A DNA stretch of 64,000 nucleotides, taken from NCBI GenBank assembly GCA_021513715.1, contig CP084167.1, forward strand, positions 480,001 through 544,000, given 5' to 3'. The position numbers and the translations under genes were made by a program. How positions within the stretch are numbered: position 1 is the stretch's first letter; each line of letters begins with the position of its first letter. Positions 42,508-52,458 of the stretch are shown here, piece by piece. The notes under the pieces were generated by a model, which did no database searches, was not told the DNA's origin, and saw nothing but the letters and a program-made list of their open reading frames with translations. Source of the stretch: Candidatus Heimdallarchaeum endolithica (GTDB lineage: Archaea > Asgardarchaeota > Heimdallarchaeia > Heimdallarchaeales > Heimdallarchaeaceae).

Positions 42508-43422
42508 ATGAAAATTGGTTTTTCTATTCCTATTACAGTAAATAATAAAAAGCAATTGGATCATATACTAAAACTAAAAAATTTAGGAATAGAACAATTT
42601 TGGATAGGGGATAATCCTCCTGTTAACAATGCATTTCTCACTATTGAGCATATTCTAAGTAGATTAGATGATGTAACTTTAGGAACAGGTATTACTTCAC
42701 CATTTTATTATTCTAAAAAGACTTTAGTAGGCACAGTGGAGTATTTCATAAAAAATTATGGTAAAAGATTCATTTTGGGGTTGGGTTTTGGAAGAAAGAA
42801 GTCTTTTTTTGACAGTAATAAGAGATTAGATTTTAGACAATTTCAATCTTACACTCTTGAATTAGTAGAAACAGTTAGACGCAGGTTAAAGAAAAACAAT
42901 TTACAAGATTCTTTTTCCTATGCAATAGGAGGTTTAGGAAATTGTATATCGAAATTTGCTATCCTCAATGCAGACATATTTTTGGTGAATAGTGCTTCTA
43001 AATATGATCTCAAGCGAATAAATAAGATATTCAACAATTTTGATGATAAAAAGAAAAGCCAAGTGTTTCTTTATTCCATGTTGGAGTTACAAGAAAATAA
43101 AGAACTAGTTAGTTTAAAATTATGGAATATAATAAGAGAAATAGCTCGGAATTCTTCAATAAACATTTTGAAAGAACACAATTATTCAAAAAGTATGATA
43201 GAAAGGATAAAAAAACTGCCAAGTGAGTATATGCATGAAATTCCAAAAAATGAAGTAACGCAGATCATTAATGATTTTGCTTTGGTTGGAACAGTAAGTA
43301 ATATTGCTGAAAAAATCTCTAGCTTAAAAAGAAGTTCTTCAATTATTGATGGTTTCGTTTTTGGCTGGACAAACGAATCTTATAACTATAATAAAATCCA
43401 AGAATTACTCGAGATTCTTTAA
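42508..43422 (+). CDS. LLM-class (luciferase-like, possibly F420-dependent) oxidoreductase
   Basis: LGIEQFWIGD, LGTGITSP, GKRFILGLGFG and ALVGT motifs. Confidence 0.7.
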   Translation: MKIGFSIPITVNNKKQLDHILKLKNLGIEQFWIGDNPPVNNAFLTIEHILSRLDDVTLGTGITSPFYYSKKTLVGTVEYFIKNYGKRFILGLGFGRKKSFFDSNKRLDFRQFQSYTLELVETVRRRLKKNNLQDSFSYAIGGLGNCISKFAILNADIFLVNSASKYDLKRINKIFNNFDDKKKSQVFLYSMLELQENKELVSLKLWNIIREIARNSSINILKEHNYSKSMIERIKKLPSEYMHEIPKNEVTQIINDFALVGTVSNIAEKISSLKRSSSIIDGFVFGWTNESYNYNKIQELLEIL

Positions 43423-43477
43423 AATACAACAACATTAATTTGCAAATATTTAAATTTACAAATAAAAATATACTTTC

Positions 43478-44440
43478 ATGAGTTCTTCAGAATTTGCTGT
43501 TGAAACAATTAGATTAACCAAAGATTTTGATTCTTTACGTGCAGTAAACGAGATTGATCTTACAATTGAAAAGTCTGAAATTTTTGGTTTACTTGGCCCT
43601 AACGGTGCAGGAAAAACTACTACAATCAGGCTTCTTTCAGGAATGTTAATTCCTACTTTTGGGAAAGCTAAGGTATTAGGTATGGATTCTGTCGAAAAAT
43701 CTCTTCAAATTAGAGAAAAAACAGGTTTGTTAACAGAGACTCCTTCGATTTATGATAGATTATCAGTTAGAGAAAATCTTACTTTCTTTGGGAGGATATA
43801 TGGAGTAAAATCTGAAGATATACAGAAAAACATTAAGAAATTATTAAAAATTTTTGATCTAGAAGAAAGAATCGACAGTAAAGCAGGTACTTTGTCTAAA
43901 GGTATGAAACAAAAAGTAGCTATAGCAAGAACACTTATTCACGACCCTGAACTGATTTTCCTTGATGAACCTACAGCTTCTCTTGCTCCTGAATCAGCTA
44001 AAGTTGTTAGAGATTTAATTCTTAATTTAGCTAAAGAAAGTAATAAAACATTCTTTATTGCTACTCACAATCTCTATGAAGCTGAAATACTTTGTGACAG
44101 AGTAGCAATTATAAATAGAGGAAATATTCTAGCAGTAGGAAAACCTAAAGAACTAAAAGAAATGATGAAGGGAGAAACATATACAATTATCAGATTCCAA
44201 GAATGGAATAATGAAGTAGAAAATTTTCTTGAAATTAATAATTACAAAATAAGTAATCTTGTTCAAGAAGAAAGAAAAATACAAATTAAACTAAAGGATA
44301 TTGAGAAAGAAACACCCCCTTTAATTAAAAAATTAATTGAAAATAATTACAACATTGTAGAAGTCTTCCATGAAAGACCTTCTTTAGAAAAGATCTATCT
44401 TGAATTAGTAGAAAGAGAAACAAATGGAGGAGTGAGATAA
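43478..44440 (+). CDS. ABC transporter ATP-binding protein (ABC-2 exporter)
   Basis: GPNGAGKTT, LSKGMKQK, FLDEPT and H-loop. Confidence 0.95.
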   Translation: MSSSEFAVETIRLTKDFDSLRAVNEIDLTIEKSEIFGLLGPNGAGKTTTIRLLSGMLIPTFGKAKVLGMDSVEKSLQIREKTGLLTETPSIYDRLSVRENLTFFGRIYGVKSEDIQKNIKKLLKIFDLEERIDSKAGTLSKGMKQKVAIARTLIHDPELIFLDEPTASLAPESAKVVRDLILNLAKESNKTFFIATHNLYEAEILCDRVAIINRGNILAVGKPKELKEMMKGETYTIIRFQEWNNEVENFLEINNYKISNLVQEERKIQIKLKDIEKETPPLIKKLIENNYNIVEVFHERPSLEKIYLELVERETNGGVR

Positions 44441-45256
44441 ATGAGATGGGATAGAGTTTGGGCTCTAGCTAAAAAAGATATAAAAGAGTATACTAAATCA
44501 AAATATGTATTTTTCACAATTATTTTTATGCCATTATTTCTTTCTCTTTTAATGGCAATATCTGGCGTTTTGCCACTAGTTAGTATTCCTGAAGATGAAG
44601 TTAATGAAAATGATTTTGCTTCTATCGATAATATTGTAGCAAATGTTGTTACAGGTTGGGAGAATTTTTCTCCTAAAGCTAAAATGCTAATTATTACTGC
44701 TTATGGAATGTTATTCTTTGTAGCTCTCATTCCTGTAATAATTCCTTCAATAATTGCTTCTGAAACAATAGTGGGCGAAAAAGAAAGAAAAACAATGGAA
44801 GGAATAATAGCTTCTCCACTCAGCGAAGGAGAGATAGTAGTAGGAAAAATTGTTTCTGCTTTTCTTCCTTCAATAATAGGAACTATTGTTGCCTCTATTG
44901 TTTATGCAGTAAGCATCGATATAATGCTTTATCCAATAATAGGAAGACTTCTCTTTCCAGATCCTTTGATTATTCTTTTCACTTTTGTTATCAGCCCTAT
45001 AACGACCATAATTTGTGTAGAATTGATGATTATGATTTCTACCAAGATGTCAAGTGTAAGGGATGCTTATCAAGTTGGTTCTCTGGTTGTAATGCCTGTA
45101 TTTTTATTCATTTTCCTTCAGATGGTGTCATTTTTCTTTTCAAGTTTATTAGCAATAATAGGAGGTACTCTGATACTTATTCTAGCAGCTATCTTCTTCT
45201 ATAAACTTGCAGAAAACATTTTTGATAGAGAAAATGCACTTGTAAAATTAATGTAA
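44441..45256 (+). CDS. ABC-2 type permease
   Basis: Six TM segments; IVGEKERKTMEGIIASPLS motif; starts directly after the ATPase stop. Confidence 0.9.
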   Translation: MRWDRVWALAKKDIKEYTKSKYVFFTIIFMPLFLSLLMAISGVLPLVSIPEDEVNENDFASIDNIVANVVTGWENFSPKAKMLIITAYGMLFFVALIPVIIPSIIASETIVGEKERKTMEGIIASPLSEGEIVVGKIVSAFLPSIIGTIVASIVYAVSIDIMLYPIIGRLLFPDPLIILFTFVISPITTIICVELMIMISTKMSSVRDAYQVGSLVVMPVFLFIFLQMVSFFFSSLLAIIGGTLILILAAIFFYKLAENIFDRENALVKLM

Positions 45257-45311
45257 TTTTCTCTTTTCTTTTTTATTTTTATTTTCATTTTTATTTTCAT
45301 TTTTATTTTCA
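45257..45311 (+). terminator. Oligo-T terminator region with three tandem TTTTTATTTTCA
   Basis: T-rich tract right after the permease stop; 12-bp unit at 45276, 45288 and 45300. Confidence 0.5.
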
Positions 45312-45353
45312 GAAAAATTTTTATTAAATATATAAAAATATAATTGAAGAGGT

Positions 45354-47342
45354 TTGAAGAAAACAAAACTAAAACTAATTACTACAATAATGTTAATTCA
45401 AGTCTTTCTTTTAACTATTCTAAGCCTTTCTTTTACTAAAGGAGATGAGATTGAATATAAGGTAATGGGAATAAATATTACCTCCAATAGTGATTTTATT
45501 AATTTTGCCAAGGCGGGAGTTGGAACTAAAGAAAACCCATACATAATTTCAGGATATGATTTTGAATATTATGAAATTGGGATCTTTATTTCCCAAACAA
45601 GTAAATATGTTATTATAACTAACTGTTCTTTTTCTAACATTAAATATGAAGCAATAAGATTGTGGTCTGTCAAATCTGGAACTGTAAGAATAGAAAACAA
45701 TACGATTGTTAATGCAAAAGTGGGAATATTCCTATACGAAGCTCCTGAATGTACAATAGTAAATAATAAAATAGTTAACTGTTCTGCTTTTGCAATTAAA
45801 GATGATTTTTCTAAAATAGGATCCAAAATTATAAGCAATACTCTTTATAACAACGAAGAAGGAATAACCATAAGTGAAACTAATTACACTCAAATAATGG
45901 ATAATTATATAATTTACAGCAGGAATGTAGGCATTTATTTAATGGATACCACAAATGGAACAGAAATACATCATAACTTCTTCCTAAATGCTATCAAACC
46001 TGCTTTTACAACAGCTTGTGGTTATGGATATTATAACAATTGGACATCTAATTATTGGAGTGATTGGGATGGTTTTGGTTCGTATAAAATTGTGAATAAA
46101 TATGAATCAACCTTCGATAGAAATCCTTTAAGTTTTGAAGACTCTGATGGAGACAAAATAATCGATGTAGTAGAACTAGTTATGAATATGAATCCACAAT
46201 CTACTGATAACGATGAAGATAAAATTTCTGACTATGATGAATTGCTAGTTTATGCAACAAATCCTAATGCTCGAGATAGTGATGGAGATGGAATAACAGA
46301 TTATGAGGAAATATTTATGTATTTAACGAACCCCAATTCAATAGATTCAGATAAAGATGGAATAACAGATTATGAGGAAATATTGACTTATCATACAGAT
46401 CCGAATAAAAAAGATACAGATGGTGATACCTTTTCAGATTATGAAGAAATAATGCAGAAAACTAATCCTAGGAAGAGCTACAGTAATCCAATTACTAAAA
46501 AATATATTACAATATTTATTCCTACCTTTTCAGGAATACTTGTTCTTGCAGCTTTTTCAACTAGATACTATTCTAACTCAAAGAAAAACAAAATTAAAGT
46601 AATTTTTGACACTTGGAATGAATTCTTTAATGAATGGGAGAAAATAATTGAACAAATAAACAATACTAAAAGATCAGAAGTTGAAGAAATAATTTTTGAA
46701 GTAAAGGAACTTAAAAATAAAAAAATTGACGAACTTGAAATTGTAAAGAAAATAATCAGTCAAGCTAAAAAATTACTTATCAATCACATGAAGTTTAATG
46801 TTGAATTAAGCTTACAAAAATATAAAAAACAAGCTGAAATTGTAATTAATCTACAGAATAAATTGATTAACCAAGCATTATCTGCTCTCAATCAAATAAC
46901 AAAAAATACAATATTTAATGCTGTAAAAGATTACTTGTGGATGAGGTTTGTTTATTTGTATAGTACAACGAGCAAATCAGAAACAATAACTACTATTGAA
47001 GATATAAGTGGAGATGCACTTTTTAATAAGTTCATCAAATTTTACAAATCATTAGATTATGAAGAGAGATTGAAAGAAGAAGTTGCTAAATTGGCAGAAG
47101 AAATCACGTATCAAATAAGAAAAACAAAAGATTATGAAATAGACCTTTTAGAAAGTTCAATAAATTCAATTATAGACTCATTACTTGATAAGTTTAACAA
47201 ACTTGAAGTTGACATTAATTTTCTTGAAGAAAAAATAAAGGATATTAGTATTAAACAAACAAAGCTCGATGATCCAAAAGATTCCTTCTTAAAAATAGAA
47301 AATATTGTTAAAGAAGAAGTGAAAGAAAAAAAAAGCAAATGA
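45354..47342 (+). CDS. Single-pass surface protein: NosD-like beta-helix, DxDxDG repeats, TM and long helical cytoplasmic domain
   Basis: GVGTKENPYIISG, parallel beta-helix repeats, NYWSDW, DSDGDGITDYEE repeats and TM; cytoplasmic part contains IIDSLLDKF. Confidence 0.82.
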   Translation: MKKTKLKLITTIMLIQVFLLTILSLSFTKGDEIEYKVMGINITSNSDFINFAKAGVGTKENPYIISGYDFEYYEIGIFISQTSKYVIITNCSFSNIKYEAIRLWSVKSGTVRIENNTIVNAKVGIFLYEAPECTIVNNKIVNCSAFAIKDDFSKIGSKIISNTLYNNEEGITISETNYTQIMDNYIIYSRNVGIYLMDTTNGTEIHHNFFLNAIKPAFTTACGYGYYNNWTSNYWSDWDGFGSYKIVNKYESTFDRNPLSFEDSDGDKIIDVVELVMNMNPQSTDNDEDKISDYDELLVYATNPNARDSDGDGITDYEEIFMYLTNPNSIDSDKDGITDYEEILTYHTDPNKKDTDGDTFSDYEEIMQKTNPRKSYSNPITKKYITIFIPTFSGILVLAAFSTRYYSNSKKNKIKVIFDTWNEFFNEWEKIIEQINNTKRSEVEEIIFEVKELKNKKIDELEIVKKIISQAKKLLINHMKFNVELSLQKYKKQAEIVINLQNKLINQALSALNQITKNTIFNAVKDYLWMRFVYLYSTTSKSETITTIEDISGDALFNKFIKFYKSLDYEERLKEEVAKLAEEITYQIRKTKDYEIDLLESSINSIIDSLLDKFNKLEVDINFLEEKIKDISIKQTKLDDPKDSFLKIENIVKEEVKEKKSK

Positions 47343-47349
47343 AATTTTT

Positions 47350-48441
47350 CTAATGTATCCTTAGATTAGGTGGAATAAGGTTTAGAACTCCGCAAGCAGG
47401 ACACTCTATTACTCCATTTTCATTCATATCTTTTAGATCCAAAAGTTCTCCACAATTACCTGCACAATACATGGGAATTAATTCTGGTCCTTCTTTCACC
47501 CCTTCAATTGCTGTATTAATCTTTGGAATAACTTCTTTGTAGAGTTTTTCGTGTATTTGGTCTACTTCATATCCATAAACCCAAATAGCTATGTTTCCAC
47601 TTTTTTCTCTTCCTGTGACAATAAGTTCAACTATGGAAATATCTTTTTTTCCAATTTGGGAAACAAACATTAAGTTACCAATGAAATTTTCGATTGAATC
47701 CATTACAATTTGTTCATTTACTGTCTTATAAGAATCAAACAAGGTTTTCAAAACTTTAAAAGCGACTTTCGGCTTTGCATGAAATTCTATTGATCTTCCT
47801 AATGAATCAAATCTATTATTCTTCAATTCCATTAAAGCATCATAATAACCGTTCTCTATTCTTTCTTTAAGTACTAAAGCTCTTTCCTCTCTTTTTTTGT
47901 AAGCTTCGTAGATTAATTCTGTGAATTCCATCTGTTTTTTCTTTACTATTGTAAACTTTGTCCCTTCGTGTATTTTTACAGGAGGAAAGGGTAAACTACT
48001 TATTATTTGAGATTGGACAATATAAGGTTCTCTTAAAGTCGAAGGAACAATAAAACTTAATGATGTTCCATAATCTATTATTTTTCCTATATTTCCTTCT
48101 CTTACTATTGAACTCCAATCTCCTCCAGGAATTGTAACTGTATCAGGAACAGCTAAAAATACGATATCTGCTCTAGGAGGAGCAGAAGAAATTAAAGCTG
48201 TAACTTCTTCTCCATCACCTATTTCTCCTGCGATTCGTTTGTCTAAATATATCAAAGATTCTTTTCCTTTTTTTGCTATCTCATTTATTTCAGCAAAAAC
48301 TGAACTAGTTCTTCCTATTCCTGAAGAGAAGATAAGAGCATATTTCTCTTCATTTGAAAGTTCTAATTCTGAATCTTCAGATAATACTAATCCAATACCA
48401 TTTCTAAATACTAATTTTATTTTACAAGTAACAGTTTTCAC
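47350..48441 (-). CDS. CDC48/p97 N-domain-like (Ufd1-like) protein without ATPase, with C-terminal zinc ribbon
   Basis: IYLDKRIAGEIGDGEEVT...PPRADIVFLAVP...IISSLPFPPVKIHEGTKFTI resembles CDC48_N plus CDC48_2; ends CAGNC...CPACG. Confidence 0.55.
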   Translation of the reverse strand: MKTVTCKIKLVFRNGIGLVLSEDSELELSNEEKYALIFSSGIGRTSSVFAEINEIAKKGKESLIYLDKRIAGEIGDGEEVTALISSAPPRADIVFLAVPDTVTIPGGDWSSIVREGNIGKIIDYGTSLSFIVPSTLREPYIVQSQIISSLPFPPVKIHEGTKFTIVKKKQMEFTELIYEAYKKREERALVLKERIENGYYDALMELKNNRFDSLGRSIEFHAKPKVAFKVLKTLFDSYKTVNEQIVMDSIENFIGNLMFVSQIGKKDISIVELIVTGREKSGNIAIWVYGYEVDQIHEKLYKEVIPKINTAIEGVKEGPELIPMYCAGNCGELLDLKDMNENGVIECPACGVLNLIPPNLRIH

Positions 48442-48514
48442 ATTCTGCTCTTAGAATATCTTCACATTTATATTTTCCTATTTTGAAAATAAAAAAAAAA
48501 GGTAAGTTTTAAAT

Positions 48515-49474
48515 CTAAAAAGGTAGTTGTGGAAGAAAACTCAAGAAATTAGCTAATGTTCCATATAAACCAAAAATAGAACCAAGAATAGAATAAATAA
48601 GTAAAACATACTTTTGTAACCCAGAGATATTTAGACCTAACAATGCTTCAAATGACCTCTTGTAGATTTTCACTGGAATATTTACAACTAAAAGTTCTTT
48701 GTATTTTTGTTCAAAATCAACTCTAATCTCATTTGCTACTTTTGATGTCCAAGTAGTAGGTGTTACAAAAAATTCTGCTCTTATCTCTTCTTTGTTTGGT
48801 TCAAAATATACGTTTCTTTCAGATGGTACTATATATCCAATTCCATTAGTAAAATAAGCTCTTATTGTTATTGGTCCTTCAGTAAGACCTTTTAATTTAA
48901 CTTTTGTCTTTGTTAATCTTTTTCCTAATCTTTCTGCAGTTAAGCTATAAAGTTTTGCTTCCTCTGAACCAACTTTTAAATAACTAATTTCAATCTCATC
49001 ACTAGCATAACCTGATTTTTTAATAAAAATAACAAGCTTGAAAACTTCGTTAACACATAAATTATGGGGCACTTTTATTATTAAGTTTCGAGAATAAGTT
49101 TTTTCCTTAATTTCTGAAATTGGTGATAAAATAGTTTCTTCTTTGTCTTCTTCCATTTCTAATTTAAAAGCTTTAACTAGCTCGCTTTCCCTTGATTTAG
49201 AAGAAGAAAGAGGTTGTGATGAAACTATTGATTCAATATCCACTTTTTGAGGGAGAGGAGGCTTTTTTGCAACAGAACGTTTTCTTTTTCCTTTTTTTTC
49301 TTCTTTAATACTATCTTTTTTAGATTCTTTTCTATTTTCTCTTGTTAAAGTCATAAAATCAGAAGAAAAAATTTTTTCAGACTGAAAATCTATCTTTCTT
49401 GCAGTTAAAACAATAATAAGAGTAAACAAGCTACTTACTAAAAAAACTAATCCTAAAATAAAAGATATTAACAT
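48515..49474 (-). CDS. Hypothetical membrane protein (TM at each end)
   Basis: 319-aa ORF with hydrophobic termini and a charged low-complexity linker. Confidence 0.65.
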   Translation of the reverse strand: MLISFILGLVFLVSSLFTLIIVLTARKIDFQSEKIFSSDFMTLTRENRKESKKDSIKEEKKGKRKRSVAKKPPLPQKVDIESIVSSQPLSSSKSRESELVKAFKLEMEEDKEETILSPISEIKEKTYSRNLIIKVPHNLCVNEVFKLVIFIKKSGYASDEIEISYLKVGSEEAKLYSLTAERLGKRLTKTKVKLKGLTEGPITIRAYFTNGIGYIVPSERNVYFEPNKEEIRAEFFVTPTTWTSKVANEIRVDFEQKYKELLVVNIPVKIYKRSFEALLGLNISGLQKYVLLIYSILGSIFGLYGTLANFLSFLPQLPF

Positions 49475-49597
49475 TTATATCTAAGAAAATAAAATATTTC
49501 CTATAATAAATATATCTGAATCCCTTGAAAAACCAGAATTATTTAGATTAAACGTTGTTGATAGCGTTTTATTAGCCTATTTAGCTTTTGCAATAGT

Positions 49598-50359
49598 GGT
49601 GGTGTCTAGTTTCTCCCGACAAAAATATTATTGGGGATTCTAATAGTAAGATATGAAAATTCAAAAACTATCTACTCTTTTTAAGAGATGCAGAGTCCCC
49701 AAAAAGATAATCATAAGAGCTATTTATGAATATATCGGTTCAAAGAATGGTTTGAGGACAGTAGCATGGAAGAATGGTTTAACACACCAGGCACTATGGT
49801 ATTGGGTAAAGAAGTTCAGGCTCTTTAGGGAAAGTTTACATAGAATTGTAGCAGAGAGAGGGGGAATACCAGAGATTATAGTAGTTGATGAAACAGAGAT
49901 TAAGACCTCTCAAGGCTCAATGTATATGTGGTTCGCGTTAGATCCTTACAATAAGACTTTACTGGGTTTTAGTATTACTAAAGGACGGAGTAATTTTGAA
50001 TGTTTACTAACTTTCCGTTATTGGTTCAAATGTTGGGGTTCTAAGCCTCGTATTGTCGTTACAGATGCAGGGGTATGGTATCCTGTATTACTTCGTCTCG
50101 GTATCAAAATCTCTTTTATCAATGGTGGTTTACGCTCCTATATTGAACGTTTTAATGCTACCCTTAAGAGCTATCGTTGGTTTCATTCTATTCTCCACTG
50201 CACATATTCTATCCGTGCCGTCTATGGCTCTAGTCATCTTTCTGGTTTCCTTACACTCTTTATACTCTATTATAATTTCGTTCGTCCTCATCAGAGCTTG
50301 GGACATCCTCCCCTTCGTTCCTTTTTGCCTAGGAGGTGGTATAAAAACTAGACACTACC
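49598..50359 (+). mobile_element. IS6-family insertion sequence, copy 2 (transposase 49653-50351)
   Basis: Same TIRs as copy 1; near-identical transposase; flanked by TTTGCAATAGT at 49587-49597 and 50361-50371. Confidence 0.9.
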
Positions 50360-50428
50360 ATTTGCAATAGTACCCATTAATTTTAAAAGTGAATAAGTTA
50401 ATTTATTTTTTGAGCAATTGGGATAATA

Positions 50429-51478
50429 ATGAATAAACAAAAAAACAATAATTCATACAGTTCAGATGTATACAAAAAAATATTTGAAACAGCTCAAGAT
50501 TCTATATTTCTGCTTACTAAAAACAATATTTTCATAGATTGCAATCCTTATACTTGTGAAATGTTTAATTGTGAAAAAGAAGATATTATAGGAACTACCC
50601 CAGTTGAATGGTCACCTGAACTACAATTTGATGATGTTCCATCCGAGAAAAAGGCAGTAAATTATATCAAAAAAGCTTTTTCTGGAGTACCTCAACGTTT
50701 TGAGTGGATACACAAGAGAAAATCGGGAGAATTATTTTACTGTGAAGTATCGCTTAACAAGGTAGTAGTAGATGAAGAAGACTATTTACAAGCTATTGTA
50801 CGTGAAATAACTGAAAAAAAGTTTAGAGAAGAAGTAGAAATGATTTTCTCAAAAATAATTGATCATGATACTAGAAACCTTGCTTTTACAACATCATCCT
50901 ATATTGAATTAATAAGAAAAAATTTTGATATATCTGAAAAACTAGCACATTATCTTGAAAGGATAGAAGAAAATTTGGAAGAATTGATAAACATAATAAA
51001 TAAATTTTCAATTTTGCATGAAATTTTATATAATACAAAAAAAGAAAGCATAAATCTTAATGAAACTATAAATAAAAGTGTTCAATCCTATGAGGATAAA
51101 ATTAAAGAGAAGAATGTTATTATTGAAAATAAAGTTAATAAAGCACACAAGGTTATAGCTGGAAATTTGTTGGTTGAAGTGATAAATAATTTAATAAGTA
51201 ATTCTCTTAAGCACTCTAACTCAAAAAAGATAGTTATAAAAAGTAAAGAAACGCCAGAGAGAATCATTCTTGTTTTTTCTGATGATGGTAAAGGAATTGA
51301 GGAAAATATAATTCCTAATTTATTTAGAAAAGGAATAAAAGGTACTGAATCTAAAGGTTCAGGTTTAGGATTGTATATTACTAAGAAAATAATCAATTTA
51401 TATGAAGGACATATTATTGCAAGAAATGGTAGAAAAGGAGGAGCTGAATTTATTATTGAGTTAGAAAAAGCAGATTAA
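50429..51478 (+). CDS. Cytoplasmic PAS-domain sensor histidine kinase
   Basis: PAS domain (FEWIHKRKSGELFYCEVSL); H-box HDTRN; N-box NLISNSLKH; DDGKGI; GSGLGL. Confidence 0.92.
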   Translation: MNKQKNNNSYSSDVYKKIFETAQDSIFLLTKNNIFIDCNPYTCEMFNCEKEDIIGTTPVEWSPELQFDDVPSEKKAVNYIKKAFSGVPQRFEWIHKRKSGELFYCEVSLNKVVVDEEDYLQAIVREITEKKFREEVEMIFSKIIDHDTRNLAFTTSSYIELIRKNFDISEKLAHYLERIEENLEELINIINKFSILHEILYNTKKESINLNETINKSVQSYEDKIKEKNVIIENKVNKAHKVIAGNLLVEVINNLISNSLKHSNSKKIVIKSKETPERIILVFSDDGKGIEENIIPNLFRKGIKGTESKGSGLGLYITKKIINLYEGHIIARNGRKGGAEFIIELEKAD

Positions 51479-51552
51479 TTTGAAATTGCCTTTTTCCAAA
51501 AAATATAATAAAGATAAAAAAAAAATTAGCGTTAATTCAAAAGAGATTTAGT

Positions 51553-52431
51553 GTGTCAAAAATGAATGATAAGAAAAAAAATGAAAAAAAAAGATACTTA
51601 AGATTAAAAAATCTGAAAGAGTTTGGCGTAGATGTAACTTGGGAAAATCTTTTTTCTAAAACAGTTTTATTTGCTGGAGTAGGAGGAGTAGGAAGTATAG
51701 CTGCTGAAATGCTAGCTCGATGTGGAATAGGTAAAATGATTTTAATAGATTTAGACATTGTAGAAGAAGTGAATTTGAATAGACTATTTTATACCCAAGA
51801 GAATATAGGGAAACCAAAAGTAGAAGTAGCAAAAGAGATTTTGACCAAAATTAATAGAGACGTGGAAATTGAAACTTATCATTCTGACATTTGTGCAATA
51901 GATTTTGAAGAAAAATTTGAACAGTTAATAAAAGAGTCGGATTTAGTAATTTCAAGTTTGGACAATGTTCCTGCAAGATTATTCATTAATGAGAAGTGTG
52001 TCCAACTAAGAAAAGAATATATTGATTCTGGAGCTAGTAGGTCAGGATTAGGAGGATATGTTCATCTAGTTATTCCATATAAAACAGCATGCTATCAATG
52101 TACAGGTTCAATAGATTTAGGTGAAAAAAAACACGGAGAGCCATGCTCTGCTTCTCTACCTACAACAATTGCTATTATCGCTTCATTGACAGTAGAAATT
52201 ACACTCAAATATTTATTAAACTTTGGTGTAATTCCAGACTATATCGGTTTTAACGCCTTAACTGACCAATATATCCTGCAAAAAATGAACAGAGATCCTT
52301 TGTGTTATATATGCGGAGAAAGAAAAATAAGTTTAAAAGAACAGAAAAAATCATTACAAAAGATAGATAAATTAACAGAGGGAAAAACTGTTGACGAGTT
52401 AATTCAAAATTTGGTTTCGCAGGAAAAATAG
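51553..52431 (+). CDS. uba5: UBA5-like E1 (UFM1-activating enzyme)
   Basis: RYLRLKNLKEFGV, GVGGVGSIAAEMLARCGIGK, NLNRLFY, CYQC, catalytic CSASLPTT, LKYLLNFG...YIGFNAL and C-terminal KTVDELIQNL each match corresponding UBA5 segments. Confidence 0.9.
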   Translation: MSKMNDKKKNEKKRYLRLKNLKEFGVDVTWENLFSKTVLFAGVGGVGSIAAEMLARCGIGKMILIDLDIVEEVNLNRLFYTQENIGKPKVEVAKEILTKINRDVEIETYHSDICAIDFEEKFEQLIKESDLVISSLDNVPARLFINEKCVQLRKEYIDSGASRSGLGGYVHLVIPYKTACYQCTGSIDLGEKKHGEPCSASLPTTIAIIASLTVEITLKYLLNFGVIPDYIGFNALTDQYILQKMNRDPLCYICGERKISLKEQKKSLQKIDKLTEGKTVDELIQNLVSQEK

Positions 52432-52458
52432 AATATCTCAAAAAAAGTGGTTTAAAAA

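Noticed and set aside
34727-50359. Composite transposon or IS-mediated inversion of the 14 kb between the IS6 copies
   Set aside because: Each copy has its own matching flanking repeat, which indicates independent insertions with unswapped flanks.
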